Of a DNA stretch of 49,904 nucleotides, positions 36,993-49,380 are shown in pieces. This stretch comes from Nemertoderma westbladi (Eukaryota > Animalia > Xenacoelomorpha). The translations under genes were made by a program, and so were the position numbers. The notes beneath the pieces were generated by a model. It worked only from the letters and a program-made list of their open reading frames with translations. It was not told the origin of the DNA and ran no database searches. The stretch covers positions 1-49,904 of the forward strand of contig JAUCBJ010008987.1 of NCBI GenBank assembly GCA_032718475.1, given 5' to 3'. The stretch's first letter is position 1; every line of letters begins with the position of its first letter.

Positions 36993-37649
36993 TGACAGGC
37001 CTACTATTTTATAAATCGTTTGAGTTGATTTATAATATATATACCCGTTTAATGGGTTTTGTTACAATATTTGAAATAAATGTTATTATTTCTGGGAAGG
37101 AGTCACTACACAGAAGCTGTACGCTCTCAGTGAAGTGCTACTTGTTGGACACTAAAACAAATAATTCTACTTGCCTAAGTTACTTATTACTACAAATTAC
37201 ATACAATTGTGGGGTGAGATTACAATCTCTAAAAAAACACAAAAATTACACGTACGAATTTTTAGGGTTAATTTTACAAGAAATCTACAAACCAGCCTAA
37301 CAAGGAGTTAGAATATCTGGTTATTACAAACGGACAGGATACTTCGGTATTTGAAAATAATAAAGCAGTAGTGAATATATCGCGTTGTCCAGATAGGAAA
37401 ATACCACCGTCTGACGACTTATAGCCGTAGCGCTATAAGTACTACGTTATGTACACGGAGTGTTCCTACCTAGAAGTTAATTACCGCAGCCTACTATAGC
37501 CATCGTGCCTATTAACCACTTTACAACACAAATATACTGCCTACACACTAATTACCTTCGGAAAGCACTGTACACTAAACCCTAAATTAGGTACAAGTAC
37601 TTATACAACAAATACCCAGCAGTTAAAAATACTTGTACAGCTAAAAGAG

Positions 37650-37724
37650 GGGATCCCTGATGCGATTTAATAGAATTCTATTGTATAGCTTTGCAGCAAT
37701 CGAGATCAATGAGATTCCCCAAAA
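37650..37724 (-). mobile_element. Short RTE fragment
   Basis: Matches ~1172-1245 (GGATCCCTGATGCGATTTAATAGAATTC...GAGATTCCCCAAAA). Confidence 0.8.
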
Positions 37725-37971
37725 TGGGGAATCAGGAAAACTCAGGAAAAGAAAGTGTCTAGTCAGGGACAGTGTGACTATATATACTCTACCGAGGCAT
37801 CTGTTCTGATATGAGGTTCTGATATGAGTCCTTACCTGTCTGTGTGTTATCTGTCAACCGTGAGCGTTATCTACTCACGGGAGTAGTAAATTCGAGAAAT
37901 CCGAACTTCAAAAAAAACTATATTATTACGACCTAATTTGGATTTTAGAAATAAAGACTAAACTGGGATCT

Positions 37972-38101
37972 AGGACACTTCCCCCCCGGACACTTCCCCC
38001 CCGGACACTTCCCCCCCGGACACTTCCCCCCCGCCCAAGTAGGACACTTCCCCCCCAGACTCTTCCCCCCCGGACACTTGCCCCCCGGACACTTCCTCCC
38101 C
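37972..38101 (+). repeat. 15-bp tandem repeat (GGACACTTCCCCCCC)n
   Basis: About 8 copies. Confidence 0.9.
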
Positions 38102-38126
38102 AGTTAAAGTGTGGATCGGATGGATC

Positions 38127-39150
38127 TGGATCGGATATCTGGTGCACCCCTAGCGGTAATAGTGGTTGGTTGCAGCCATGTTGCTGGTTTTTGTTGTTAT
38201 ACTCATGTGTTGGGCTGCGGTCACTTATGTAAATGTAAGGATGCTCTGCTGTCTATTAATTAACATCAATGTTGTGATTGATTCTCCATTGTTGCTGCAG
38301 ACCCTTACTGGTACAACTCCTAATAAATAATACGGTTTGGAATTTCTTAGCTGTATCTGTAGCTGTTGCATGTGTTTCTCGGTGCATTGTTTTATTGTGT
38401 TCTATTTCTAGCCTCTCAGTTCTCGAGCAATTCCAGTGAATTTTTAAAGGCCATACCCCCCATCGAGCGTGGTGATACCGAACTCGACTTAAATAAGGAC
38501 GACCTACCGGAGACTAAGACCTTAGGTCTCCATTGGCTTACAGAAAGTGACACTATGGTATTTAAAGTGAAGTTACGAAAGGGCGATACCCGAACCAAAC
38601 GTATTTGCCTCAGCATACTCAGCACTTATTTCGACCCTCTAGGATTTATCAGCCCAGTTATATTGCTGGCTCGAGACCTCGTTCAGCGAATGTGGAAGTA
38701 GAAAGATACCGTAGTTGGGACGACCCCTTGACGGGAACCTTATTGGAAGACTGGTGGCGATGGGAACGGTCCTTGCCTGACTTGGAGAAGTTTTCAGTGC
38801 CCAGAGCATAATTTCTAAACGTAGATTCCCTACAGACCTCCGAACTCCATGTATTCGGTGACGCGAGCGAGAAGGGGGTCGGGATTGTAGCTTACTTTAG
38901 GTATGAAACCCCAAACGGTATAGCAGTGGCATTAGTTGCTTCGAAGGCCCTTATAAGACCCATTGCCAAAACCAAGTACACTTTAACCATACCCAGAGCC
39001 GAACTTAAAGCAGCTGTATATGCTACCATAATTGCCAAAAACGTGTTAGCGCAGACGGATTATATCGTAGTAAGGACAGTTTACTGGACAGACGCTGCGC
39101 TGGTTCTATAATACCTGACCAACACGACATGCCAATTTAGCGCATATGTA
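38127..39150 (+). repeat. ~1-kb near-identical direct duplication of 35973-36992
   Basis: Includes the hAT right end, its TSD, the flank and the Pao fragment; only a few substitutions and small indels. Confidence 0.92.
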
Positions 39151-39450
39151 ACAAACCGTGTAGCGTGAATTTTGAAAGACACTGACGTCAAACAGTGGAG
39201 ACACTGCCCTGGATTGTTAAACCCGGCTGTTATTGCTTCTAGCGGCGCCACTCCTCAAGAGCTGATAAACACCAAATGTTGGTTGCAGGGACCAACCTTT
39301 CTGCAAGGTCCGGAGGACAGTTGGGCCAAAAATCTAACACCCGCGGGAATAAGACAGCCAGTAAAGGGCGCTGAGATCGCTAAATCAAAAAACAAAGCGA
39401 CAAAATCAAAACTGTTTAAAAGCATCGACATGTTTTCGTTGTACGTGCAG
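38416..39450 (+). mobile_element. BEL/Pao pol fragment, copy 2 (longer)
   Basis: As copy 1, plus QWRHCPGLLNPA..SGATP..WLQGPTFL; ends near the RTE tail. Confidence 0.9.
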
Positions 39451-39475
39451 GAGAGCATAAACGCACGCAGTACCT

Positions 39476-40276
39476 CTACTACTACTACTGTAGGATCGGC
39501 ATGCTGCATTGCAGCTGCATTTTTAAGAATGCTGTGCCGGCTTGTCGACAAAATTGCGCCGCCACAACTCCCTATCACCCATGACATTTGCTAGATCATC
39601 CGCATCAGGCCAGTGTCCTTTAAGATGCGTCTCAAGAAATTTCCGATTAATTCTCGGTGACTTCCAAATCCGGGAAAGCCTATTCAAGGCTGCCCATGCC
39701 TTTCCCTTACGTATTCGAAGGTCCTCACCTGACTTCCGGATCCATGATCCCAGGTAACAGAAGTCATCCACATGCTCAAGCATACCATCTTTTGAGCTTA
39801 TGCTCATCCGATCAGAGACTTGCTGAGGACTTTCAAAGTTAACTGTCTTTCTGGAGTTAATAAAAAGACCAACACTAGAAGCAGCATGTTCTAATGAGCT
39901 GAGGAGCCGTTGGGCTCGCTCTAGTGATTCTGAGAGTACTCCTAAGTCATCAGCAAAGTCTAGATCAGTTAGGTACTTGGCAGGATTTCCTCGACTTCTG
40001 GAGCCAGTAGGTAGAGTTATCATCACCCCATCATCATTATGATGATCTAAGGTCATGTGTAGAACATAGTCAACAACAATTATGAACAAGAATGGTGCAA
40101 GTGTGTCTCCCTGGAGGACGCCCCATAACACTTCAAATGGTTCTGTGTCACCGTCAACAGTAGACACAAATGTTGTGGAACCATCGTATACTGATCTGAT
40201 TGCTGCAATAATTTCATCAGGAATCCCATATAATGAAAGTATGCTGAACATATGTGAGCGAGAGACTGAATCAAAG
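39476..40276 (-). mobile_element. RTE-clade LINE fragment with (TAG)n tail and an internal deletion, copy 3
   Basis: Same 3' end as 17576; lacks the stretch equivalent to ~17745-18073. Confidence 0.92.
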
Positions 40277-41554
40277 GCTGTTCGCGCTTTTAGACCTTTA
40301 GCAGTTTAACCTGCCAAATTTGGGTGTCTTCTAGGTTATAAATCGACTTTAGCCTATCACAAGTATTTGATACACATAAAGCTACATTAGCCGAAGCCAG
40401 CCTATGCGCGACCATTCACCCACGGTTAAGGGAGACTGGATTCGGATGCTCTGACCTTAGTGCGGTGTAGACCTACTGTATTATTCGACTGATCGTTAAT
40501 ATATAATATACTGACAAATATTATTCACTTTCGGGAAATATTAACAGTTCCTTTAGGACGTGGCGCTCTAAGTATGTAAACAGAGTTATGACTTACACTA
40601 AACACAACGGGATGGCTAATGATTCACGTATAAAGCGCATTCTTTAGGAAATGCTTTGTTATCTATCACACTCATGCACACTACCGCACACTGCTGCACA
40701 CTGATCTGCCGACCTTCACTTTTTTTAATCATATATAAGGAGAACAGCAACTGACACATGTAGGGTCTATGAAATAGCATTCAATTCACACCAAAACCAC
40801 AATAATGTAAGTCGCAATTGCTACAGGTAACCGGTCTCTCTAACCTTCAGTATATCAAAAGATTGGGGTTTTCTGATTATTTATCGATATTCTCCAAATA
40901 TAACAACATATCCATCGACTGATAACCATTAATAACCGACAGTAAATAGCAGTAAAATAATGCGGTGTTTGTATGTGATCAGGTTTGTATGAGATATGAC
41001 AGGCTGATTTGCCAGTTTGTTAGATAGAATAACAGTTATACGTTTCTATGATCAAAGCCATTCTAATGTTTTGGCTAAAGTCTGAAATACAGAATAATTC
41101 CACAGCCGATGTTCTGGGCTCAGGAAAAAAGGTAAACAAAGACCATAATGCATTGCGCGATTTCCCGGAGGCTTCTGTGCAAATAAAATGAAAATCGCTC
41201 TGATTGGTCGAGCCGAACAAAGAACAAAGAAAAGCTATACGTGGACATATCAGCTGATAGATGTCGTCATCTGAACTACACTGTATCAAGAGTATTTTGG
41301 CGTATTGCGGCATAAAATCGCTAGTTATGTCCGCTAAAGTACACATACAGAAAAATGGCTTTTTATGTCCACTAAAACACCTACACAGTAGGAAAACGGC
41401 TTTTTATGTCCGCTAAAACACCTACAGAGTACTTTGCGGGGAAAATGACTAGCTAGATCCTTCAAAAGCTTTTACACCGCTCCCAGAAAATGGGATTTAA
41501 TTCTATAAAATATAAAAAATCACAGTTTCTAAAATATAAAAATACTCTAAACAG

Positions 41555-43110
41555 TTAGTCTTTCTTGCGCGGATGGCGTTTACGCAGTTTTTTGAGGCTA
41601 GCAAGAGTCCTTTTCTCTTTGGGGCGAGCCACTTTACTAGGAGGGCTATAACTCCTGGGTGAAGGGTGCAATACAATTGCATCGGAAGGTTTAGGATGAC
41701 GGTCGGTGTATCCGCCGGTCGAGGTACTCGGTTGATCGGTATCAACCTCAGTGGAATGAGGTCGAACAACCTTGAGAGCGCGTTTTAGGACAGCAGCTCT
41801 TACTGGTCCCTGACGGGTTGTTTGCACGAGAGGGGTAGGTGGACCGTGTGTAGTGAGAAATTTCCTCGGTTTGATGATTCCTTCCAACTCGAGTTCTCGG
41901 GCTCTGTCGAAATCGATATGCTTCTCCTCGAGCTGATTTTCCTCCGCTTGTCGTTGGAAGCATTCGTCTAAAACTCATTTAGAGTATAGGGTCGTCCAAG
42001 TTCGATATCTTCTTAGAGATTCTGGATTTCCCGATCGAACTGATATAAAGCTAATTCGTTTACCGCTTGGACTTGTTGCTGCAATTTACGTTTTCTAAGC
42101 AATCATAGGTTCCTTTTCCCATCTTTTATAGAATAGTGTCTAACGCGTGCGTACAATTTTCTCCTCCACTTCGGTGACAGATTATTTCGGGTTAAACAGG
42201 GACGATTATACGGTTGAATGGCGATATTGGGTGTCCGCGTCCCAAACCGGTTAGGTAAGATGGGCAAATATCTAGGGAGCCCACAACCGGAGTGCCACCG
42301 ACTAACTGTTCGGGTAACACTAGATATTTGAACAGTGAGTACAGTTCGGGAGGATCCGTGATACTATTAGGATCAAGAGTCTGAGGTCTAACTAGGGAAT
42401 GAGGAGGTCTGACCGAGTATTCCGGAACTCTGATCATAGGTTTATTTAAGGATCATTTGAATCGAGCGAGCGTAGTTGATACATCGAACAAGTTTCGCTC
42501 GAAACTCCCGTAAATATAGCGAGTAAAACCGTGTTTAAAGCAATGTCTCCGCTGATGTTTATATCTTTACGTTTGTTGGTTGGGTTTTGGGCATTCATCG
42601 CAATAATACCAAAGACGCACTTCTTGTAGGGGAAACGCGGGTGATATTTATTCGGTTTTACAACGTTTCTCTCAAGAATTCCAAATATACGTTGGAGTTA
42701 CCGCGTTTATCCGGTTTTACGGCTTTAACGTCTTCTCTTTTGAGTCGATTTCGAATAGAATTTTCGCATTCGATTTTCAGTTTATCGTTCCGACTCCGTT
42801 GGGTAGGATATTTAAATAGTACCATTTCCCTTTCGGCGTCGACATCGTCCGTATCGTGTAAATCGATAGGATGACCAGTAGTTAAGAAGTCCATATGCGT
42901 ACCATTACGATGCGTATAGCGAGCAGTGAATTTTCGATAGTCCAATTCACGAGTGAGTTGCTCCTGGGACATTGGCGGTTCGATATAACGACCATCGTCC
43001 TCTGTAGCAGTTGGACTAGCGTCGCTTCGTATTAAGCTATCAACAAACGCTTGCAACGGTAGAGTATATTGCTCTCTGATACCAAGATCATCTTCTATCA
43101 ACTCAGTCAT
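41555..43110 (-). pseudogene. Decayed orphan ORF (~500 codons; C2H2-like motif; basic C-terminus)
   Basis: Consecutive protein-like segments in shifting frames from MTELIEDD to LKKLRKRHPRKKD*; YYCDECPK..HQRRH motif at ~42545-42610. Confidence 0.5.
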
Positions 43111-43454
43111 AGCTGCTATATGAGTTTATCAATATTATAATTAGTTATAATTAGGCTAGCGGGCGTCGCTGCCTACCCCTCTCGGCCCCCGGACAGCGCA
43201 AGATCCTCAGCGCTGGTGTACTTTCGCCGATGTGCCTATCGCCAACATAGTAGCTGTACAACGACCACAACAACCAGCGCAAGTCACTCCACCATCCGTC
43301 CCAAAGGCTTAGATTTACTTCAGGTTCTTACTGCAGAGTTAGGGCTACTTTCACAATTGCGACTCGCTACTGTAAACACACTTTAGTAGTAACATTCACC
43401 TATAAACGCACAAATTCCACACAACTGTCACAAACCGCACACATTCGGGCCATT

Positions 43455-44327
43455 TGTCCGTTAGTCAAGTGCCTAACAGAATGCCACGTTATTATTGGGT
43501 ATCCTTGGATACTAGCAATGTGCTATTTATTCCTTATGCTATTTAATGGGGCAAGCCTTTATTGTTCCTTTAACTCACTTCTAATTCTAGCGTGGTTGTT
43601 GCCATGGTGACATTATGGAAAGAATTATGGGTAGAATTAGGGTAATTCCCATGCATACAGATCTGGGATGCTATTTAATAGTAATTCTTTAATTGTCAAT
43701 ATCTCCCTTATACATGAGTTTATGAATTTTATCGGCTATTGACTATATTGGAGATTCTCGCACACTAATACACTTAATAGGGTGAATCTCCGCTCCCATG
43801 ATCTATTAATTAATGGAATTTTGGGAATGTTATAAATTGTAATAAAATGACAATTTATCAAATTCATTAAAAGAGATGAATTTAAATTTATTCCCGCAAA
43901 TTTTATTATTTATCCTTAAAACAGACATAATTTATTCCAGAGCATGTCTGGGAACTAGAATCCTTAATTCTAGGAAATTTGTCTTTTAAGAGTATCGGTA
44001 AGTGCTACGATATCTTAATAGACTAGAATTTTAAAGGATCTAAAATTTTACAGATTTTCATTTATAGAATTTCTAGAGTTAACTTGTAAGTAGTTACTCT
44101 ATTGTATCTGTGTGACAGATTTTATAAATATTAATAGTTAATATTTAAGATGGGCACCGATTTATTCCAGAACATGTCTGGGGACGATTCTAGAATTTCC
44201 ACTGATTCTAGAATTTTGTCTTTCAAGTATATCGGTGGGTGCCGCGATATCTTAATCGACTAGAATTACAGATGGTCAAAGGGATTAACAGATTTATTTT
44301 GCGTTTTACGCTACTGTTAAAGGGACA
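43455..44327 (-). mobile_element. LTR-like block followed by a PBS-like site
   Basis: TGTCC...GGACA termini; AATAAA on minus at ~43526 and ~43558; then AA-TGGCCCGAATG; internal ~230-bp direct repeat (43930 and 44160). Confidence 0.45.
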
Positions 44328-44340
44328 TCACGCTACTATA

Positions 44341-44806
44341 TGTATTATTTAATATACGGTATGAGAGCAATATCGCAAGAAGCAATGTCAATGAGAAGAG
44401 GCAAGTCGTTTCCAAGGTCTACCCAGAGCTTGGTTTAGCCGAGACACGAGGATCTGAACTTTGCATTCCTAATACTCTACTTACCAATAATACTTGAATA
44501 TAGTAGGAGCTTTATTGTACTTTAATAAGTACGGACATTTCATCTTACTGTAGTCACGTATTTATAATATGATACGGACAGTAAGGAAAGAGAACAATAA
44601 TTATTTCTCGCCGTTGCACTAAATATATAATATAATATAAGTAAGTAAGTAATAAACACTAATATATATTGCACTAATCTACTAAATAATCGCTAAAATA
44701 ACATTCTACTAAATAAAATTAAAGAAAACGATTATAATAAAATTACATAATAATACATACCTAAATATAAAAATAATAAAGACAGATATAAAATAATATA
44801 GTCACA
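44341..44806 (-). mobile_element. Putative 3' LTR of the BEL/Pao element
   Basis: TG...CA ends; preceded on minus by the purine-rich GGAGTGGGTG right after the end of pol; AATAAA at ~44511. Confidence 0.6.
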
Positions 44807-44829
44807 CACCCACTCCAGACGCTGTCACA

Positions 44830-47800
44830 TTGGGGAGTCCCTAGATGTTTGTTGGATTAGGGAGGTGGTCGTGGGAAGAGTATCTTGCCTTCCATAGTTT
44901 CCGGAGAGTTCTCTGTCTCTTTCCAGTAAACATAAACGACCAACTGGGCGATTGAGCTGCTGTGTCTCGAAGACAATTCCCGGTTTCTTAAAGTTACGTC
45001 GCATGACGACGAGTTCTACCGATCACACCAAACCATCATCTGAGATATGAGTCTCGATGATACGACCTATCTGCCACCGCTTACGTGGAAGATCTAAGTC
45101 CACAATAAGGACCATGTCTCCGGCGCTGACATTTTCTTGCTGCACGAACCACTTAGTTCGAAGTTGTAGCGTAGGCAGAAAATGTTTTTCGAAATGGTCA
45201 GCGAAACGACGGGATAACAACTGCATAAGTTGCCGAGTTTGCCGGCAGTATTCGTCTCCGTCCGTGATTTCCGATCGTGGGAGCATGGCTACAGGTTTCT
45301 TCAGTAGGAAGTGCGCGGGTGTTAGCGCTTCCAGGGAATCGGGACTCGATGAGACTGGCATAAGTGGTCTCTCGTTGAGATAGGCGGCGATTTCCTCCAT
45401 TAAAGTCCGCAAAAGTTCGTCGGTGAGATACGCGCGGCACGGCACTATAAAGTGAAATGCGGTCTTCATGCTCCTGATTAATCTCTCCCAACTTCCTCCC
45501 CACCAAGGGGCGTCGGCGGCGTTGAAGGTCCAGCTAGACGCTGTTACCCTTAGCTGATCGTCCACCTGTCTTTGGTTCCAATCTTTGACATAAGCCTTGA
45601 TTTCATTGTTGGCACCAATGAAGTCCGTTCCCTTATCAAATCTCATCGTGTTAGTAGTTCCAAAGCGAGCGATCTGTCGGCGTAAGCTCAATATGAAGCT
45701 ATTGGTAGATAAATCGTTCACCATATCGAGATGGATAGCTCTACAAGTCATACAGACAAAGATGACACACCATCTCTTGACTATAGTCCTAGCACGATAT
45801 ACTTCAATAGGGCCAAATAAATCCACACCGGTATTAGTAAAGGGTGGTTCATAGAAGCTTACTCGTTCCCTAGGTAATTCTGCCTCTCGCTGTGTTAAAG
45901 GCCTACTGAATGCTTTCCTACAGGGTATGAAGTTCCTAAGAACTTGGTTCAGAGCTCTACGGGGTTTATGAAAATAATAGCTAGTTCGAATTTCGCTAAG
46001 AACTCGTTCTCTACCAGCATGATAACGCTTACTGTGAACATCTACAATCATCTTGATTTGTATTTCAAGATTTCTAATGAGTATGGGAAACTTAGTGTCA
46101 AAGGATAATGGAGCATTAGTTAGTCTTCCTCCAACACGTATTAACCCATCTATCATTGTGCTAAAGAAACGATCCCTTAAGCGCATCTGTGGATTTCTCA
46201 ACAACAGGAAATACTTATCGGAATCCTCATAGCATTACAGGAGTCTCAGTATCTGCTTATTGGTTTCTTCATGCTCCTGGTAACTGATCTTCTCCTTCAG
46301 AAACCTGTCGGATATCTTGTATTTGGGAAGATCTTTAACAACATGGACCTGCGCAGATGTCAGTGGAGCGGTATCACTAGTGGTCTTCGTCCTGGAGTAG
46401 TGATGATGAAAACATCGCTTTAAATATGTAACGGCCTTACAGAGCCGATTCCAGGAACTATAGTGATGCATCGCTCTCTGCAGGAGAGGTGAGAGTCCTT
46501 GCGAGACGTCTGGTATTCCAGATTTCCAATCTCTCTCTCTGATTTCCACAACAGACTTATTTGTGGCTGTGGGTTTCGGATCCAAAGCATCTTCTCCGGA
46601 AGTGTGTAGTACAGACAGATCTACCACGGGTTTAAATAACTTCGATTTACTCGCCCGAGTTTTAGGTTTGACTTTCTCCGCTCCCTTGGCCTGTCTAATC
46701 TCCGCCGTAGTAAGATGAGGAGGCCATTCATCCTCTTCTTTGCTTAAGAAGTCGGGTCCACCTAACCAGTCTGGAGTATCTATCAGTTCTTGTGGAGTTG
46801 CTCCCCTGGAGGCGATGTCGGCTGGATTAATCGTTCCGGGGCAATGTCTCCATTGATCTATCTTCGTGCGACTAAGTATAATGGCTACTCTGTTGGTAAC
46901 GAAGACGCTGAACTGACAGACTTCATTGGTTATATACTCCAACACGAGTAAAGCATCGGTCCAATAGACAGTTTTCTCCAGTGAATAGTCGATCTGTTCT
47001 GTTACATTCCGGCCGATGGCTGTAGCATAGAGAGCCGCTTTTAACTCCGCTCGAGGAACTTTCAACTTGTTGTTTATCAAGGCCTTAGAGGTAACTAAAG
47101 CGACCTTGATTCCATCCGGAGTTTCAACTCTCAGGTAGGCTACTATACCTATTCCCATATCGCTGGCGTCTCCAAACACATGGAGTTGATAGGAATACGT
47201 AGGGAGAACATGACCAAAATATGAACGGGAAATTATAAAGTTCTCGATGGACGGTAGAGAATCTTCCCATTTCATCCACTTCTTTAATAGTTCTCCCTTA
47301 AGTGGATCGTCCCATGAGTGGTTTTCAAGCCACATTTGTTGCACTAAACTCCGAGCAATCAATATAACTGGGCTAATAAATCCCAATGGATCGAAATAAG
47401 TGCTCAGGATACTTAACCCTATTAGTACCGGGCTATGAAATGTTGTACAAATACCGGGATGGGGTCATATTGACCCCCCCCTCTAAAATCTACAAATATT
47501 TACGAAAACGTCTGATTTTTTGTTTGTACGTAGGTATCACTTGTCTGGATCCGACCGAAAAAAAAAATTTTCGAAAAAATGTACTGGGGTGGTTATATTG
47601 CAGCACCAAAATTACAAGTAGTGCTCAATTTTCACAAAATTTGAAAGTTACATTTTCGGCTAATTATTTTTCAATACAGGTTTTTTGGGGTGCAAAATAC
47701 ATTGGAAAATATTTAAAAATGATATGATTACTATAAATGGCTGTTTAGTCCTCTCTGCGTAGGAAAAAAATGAAAAAAACAAGTAACCAGCACTTTTCAG

Positions 47801-49380
47801 TTAGAACACAAAATTTTTAATTCACTTATACGATGCTATAAATTCACATTTTCAGGTTTTCGAGGGCGCTAATTCTAATGGAATACATTTCTAATATGCC
47901 AGATCATTGCTACTTGTATTTTTCGGCGTAATTTAGCAAATTTTGGTGATAGCACCAAATTTCGTACCCATCACCAAAAAGTACAAGTTTGCGATGTCCA
48001 GTGCTGTTTTTATTGATTCCATCGGATTCAGGACCCTCATAAACCCGTATAACGCAATAAACAAGGTGATACTATCTATTTATCAATTTGCATATTTTCC
48101 AAAATTTGGTGCGCACAACAATTTTGACCCACCGGCGAAAAATACAAGTTTGAGAACTCTTATGCAATTTTTACTGATTTCATTGAATTCAGAACCATCA
48201 CAAACCCGTATAACGCAAGAAACAAGGTGACACGATCAATTGATATATTTGATGGTTTTCAAAATTTGGTGCTAGCACCACATTTTGCACTCACATCCGA
48301 AAAATACAAGTTTGAGATGTCTAGTTCGATAATTATATTTTCCATTGAATTCAGAACAGCCATAAACCTCTAAAACGCAAGAAATAAATTGTCACAAGCA
48401 ATGTTATATATTGAATGGATTTTCAAAATTTCGTGCTAGCACCAAAATTAGCACACAGCACCGAAAAATATAAGTTTGATACGCTTGGTTCAAATCGTAT
48501 ATATTTCATCGAATCCAGAACCTCAAAAAACCCCAATTGCGTAAAAAACAAGTTTCAAACAATCAATTTACAAAATTGACTTATTTCAAAATTTGGTGCT
48601 GGCACCAAAATTTGCACCCATCGAAAAAAACAAGTTTGAAATTTCTAAATCAGTTTATATGAATACCATCCAATTTCTAACACCAAAAAACCGGTGTAAA
48701 TCAAAAATAGAGATGTTACAATTCATATTTAATGAAATGTAATTTTCAAAAAACGTCTCAAAAAAAGTGCCAAAAGTAGGGTTAAAAAATGGTGCTATAA
48801 CTCGAAAAGTACCCAATATTTTTGAAAATGGTTTTCACTACCATGAGGACAATAGATTTTTAGGAAAAGTCTTAAAATTTCAGATTCCCAACTGCGTTTG
48901 TTTCAGAATTATAATAAAAAAACCACGGGGGGGGGGGGGGGTCATATTGACCCCCCCCCCCCCCCGGGTTTAATAGGGTTAAACAAATCCGTTTAGTCCG
49001 AACTGGATTATCACGCTGTTTTAGCTGGAAAAACAGGATATCTCTCTCCGTGTCCCATTTCAAACCAAGCGACTTGGTTTCTGGAAGATCGTCCTTGATT
49101 AGATCTAGATCTTTAACTCCTCGGTCTTCTACCGGGATCGATTCCAGAAACTCACGGGAGTTGCTGGTGAATTTAGTTAATCGAAATCCACCTATTTTCA
49201 AGCACTCTACCATTCCTTTGGTGACATCAATGGCTTCTTCCACCGATGGGAGGGACTTTAAATTGTCGTCCATGTATATATCCCGTTTGATGTTGTCAAT
49301 AACCTCTTTGGAGAAGGCGTCCCGGTTGTCATCAGCAGTGGTACGCACTACTGAGCAGGCGTTTGAAGGGCTCGATTTCC
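44830..49380 (-). mobile_element. BEL/Pao pol (RT, RNase H, integrase), 5'-truncated and split by a piggyBac MITE
   Basis: RT YMDD (~49270), FDPLG, LHVFGDAS, WRHCPG..NPAD, integrase GVDLFGP, RAIHLD, WWGGSWERL, RPVVRLCLL. Confidence 0.95.
47417..48978. mobile_element. piggyBac-type MITE with internal ~162-bp tandem repeats
   Basis: TTAA|CCCTATTA ... TAATAGGG|TTAA; GGGGTCATATTGACCCC near both ends; removal restores Pao KRICLSILSTYFDPLG. Confidence 0.92.

Noticed and set aside
45057-45854. Antisense and alternate-frame ORFs over the Pao integrase, and similar ones over the LINEs
   Set aside because: Shadows of the real reading frame, with no independent motifs.
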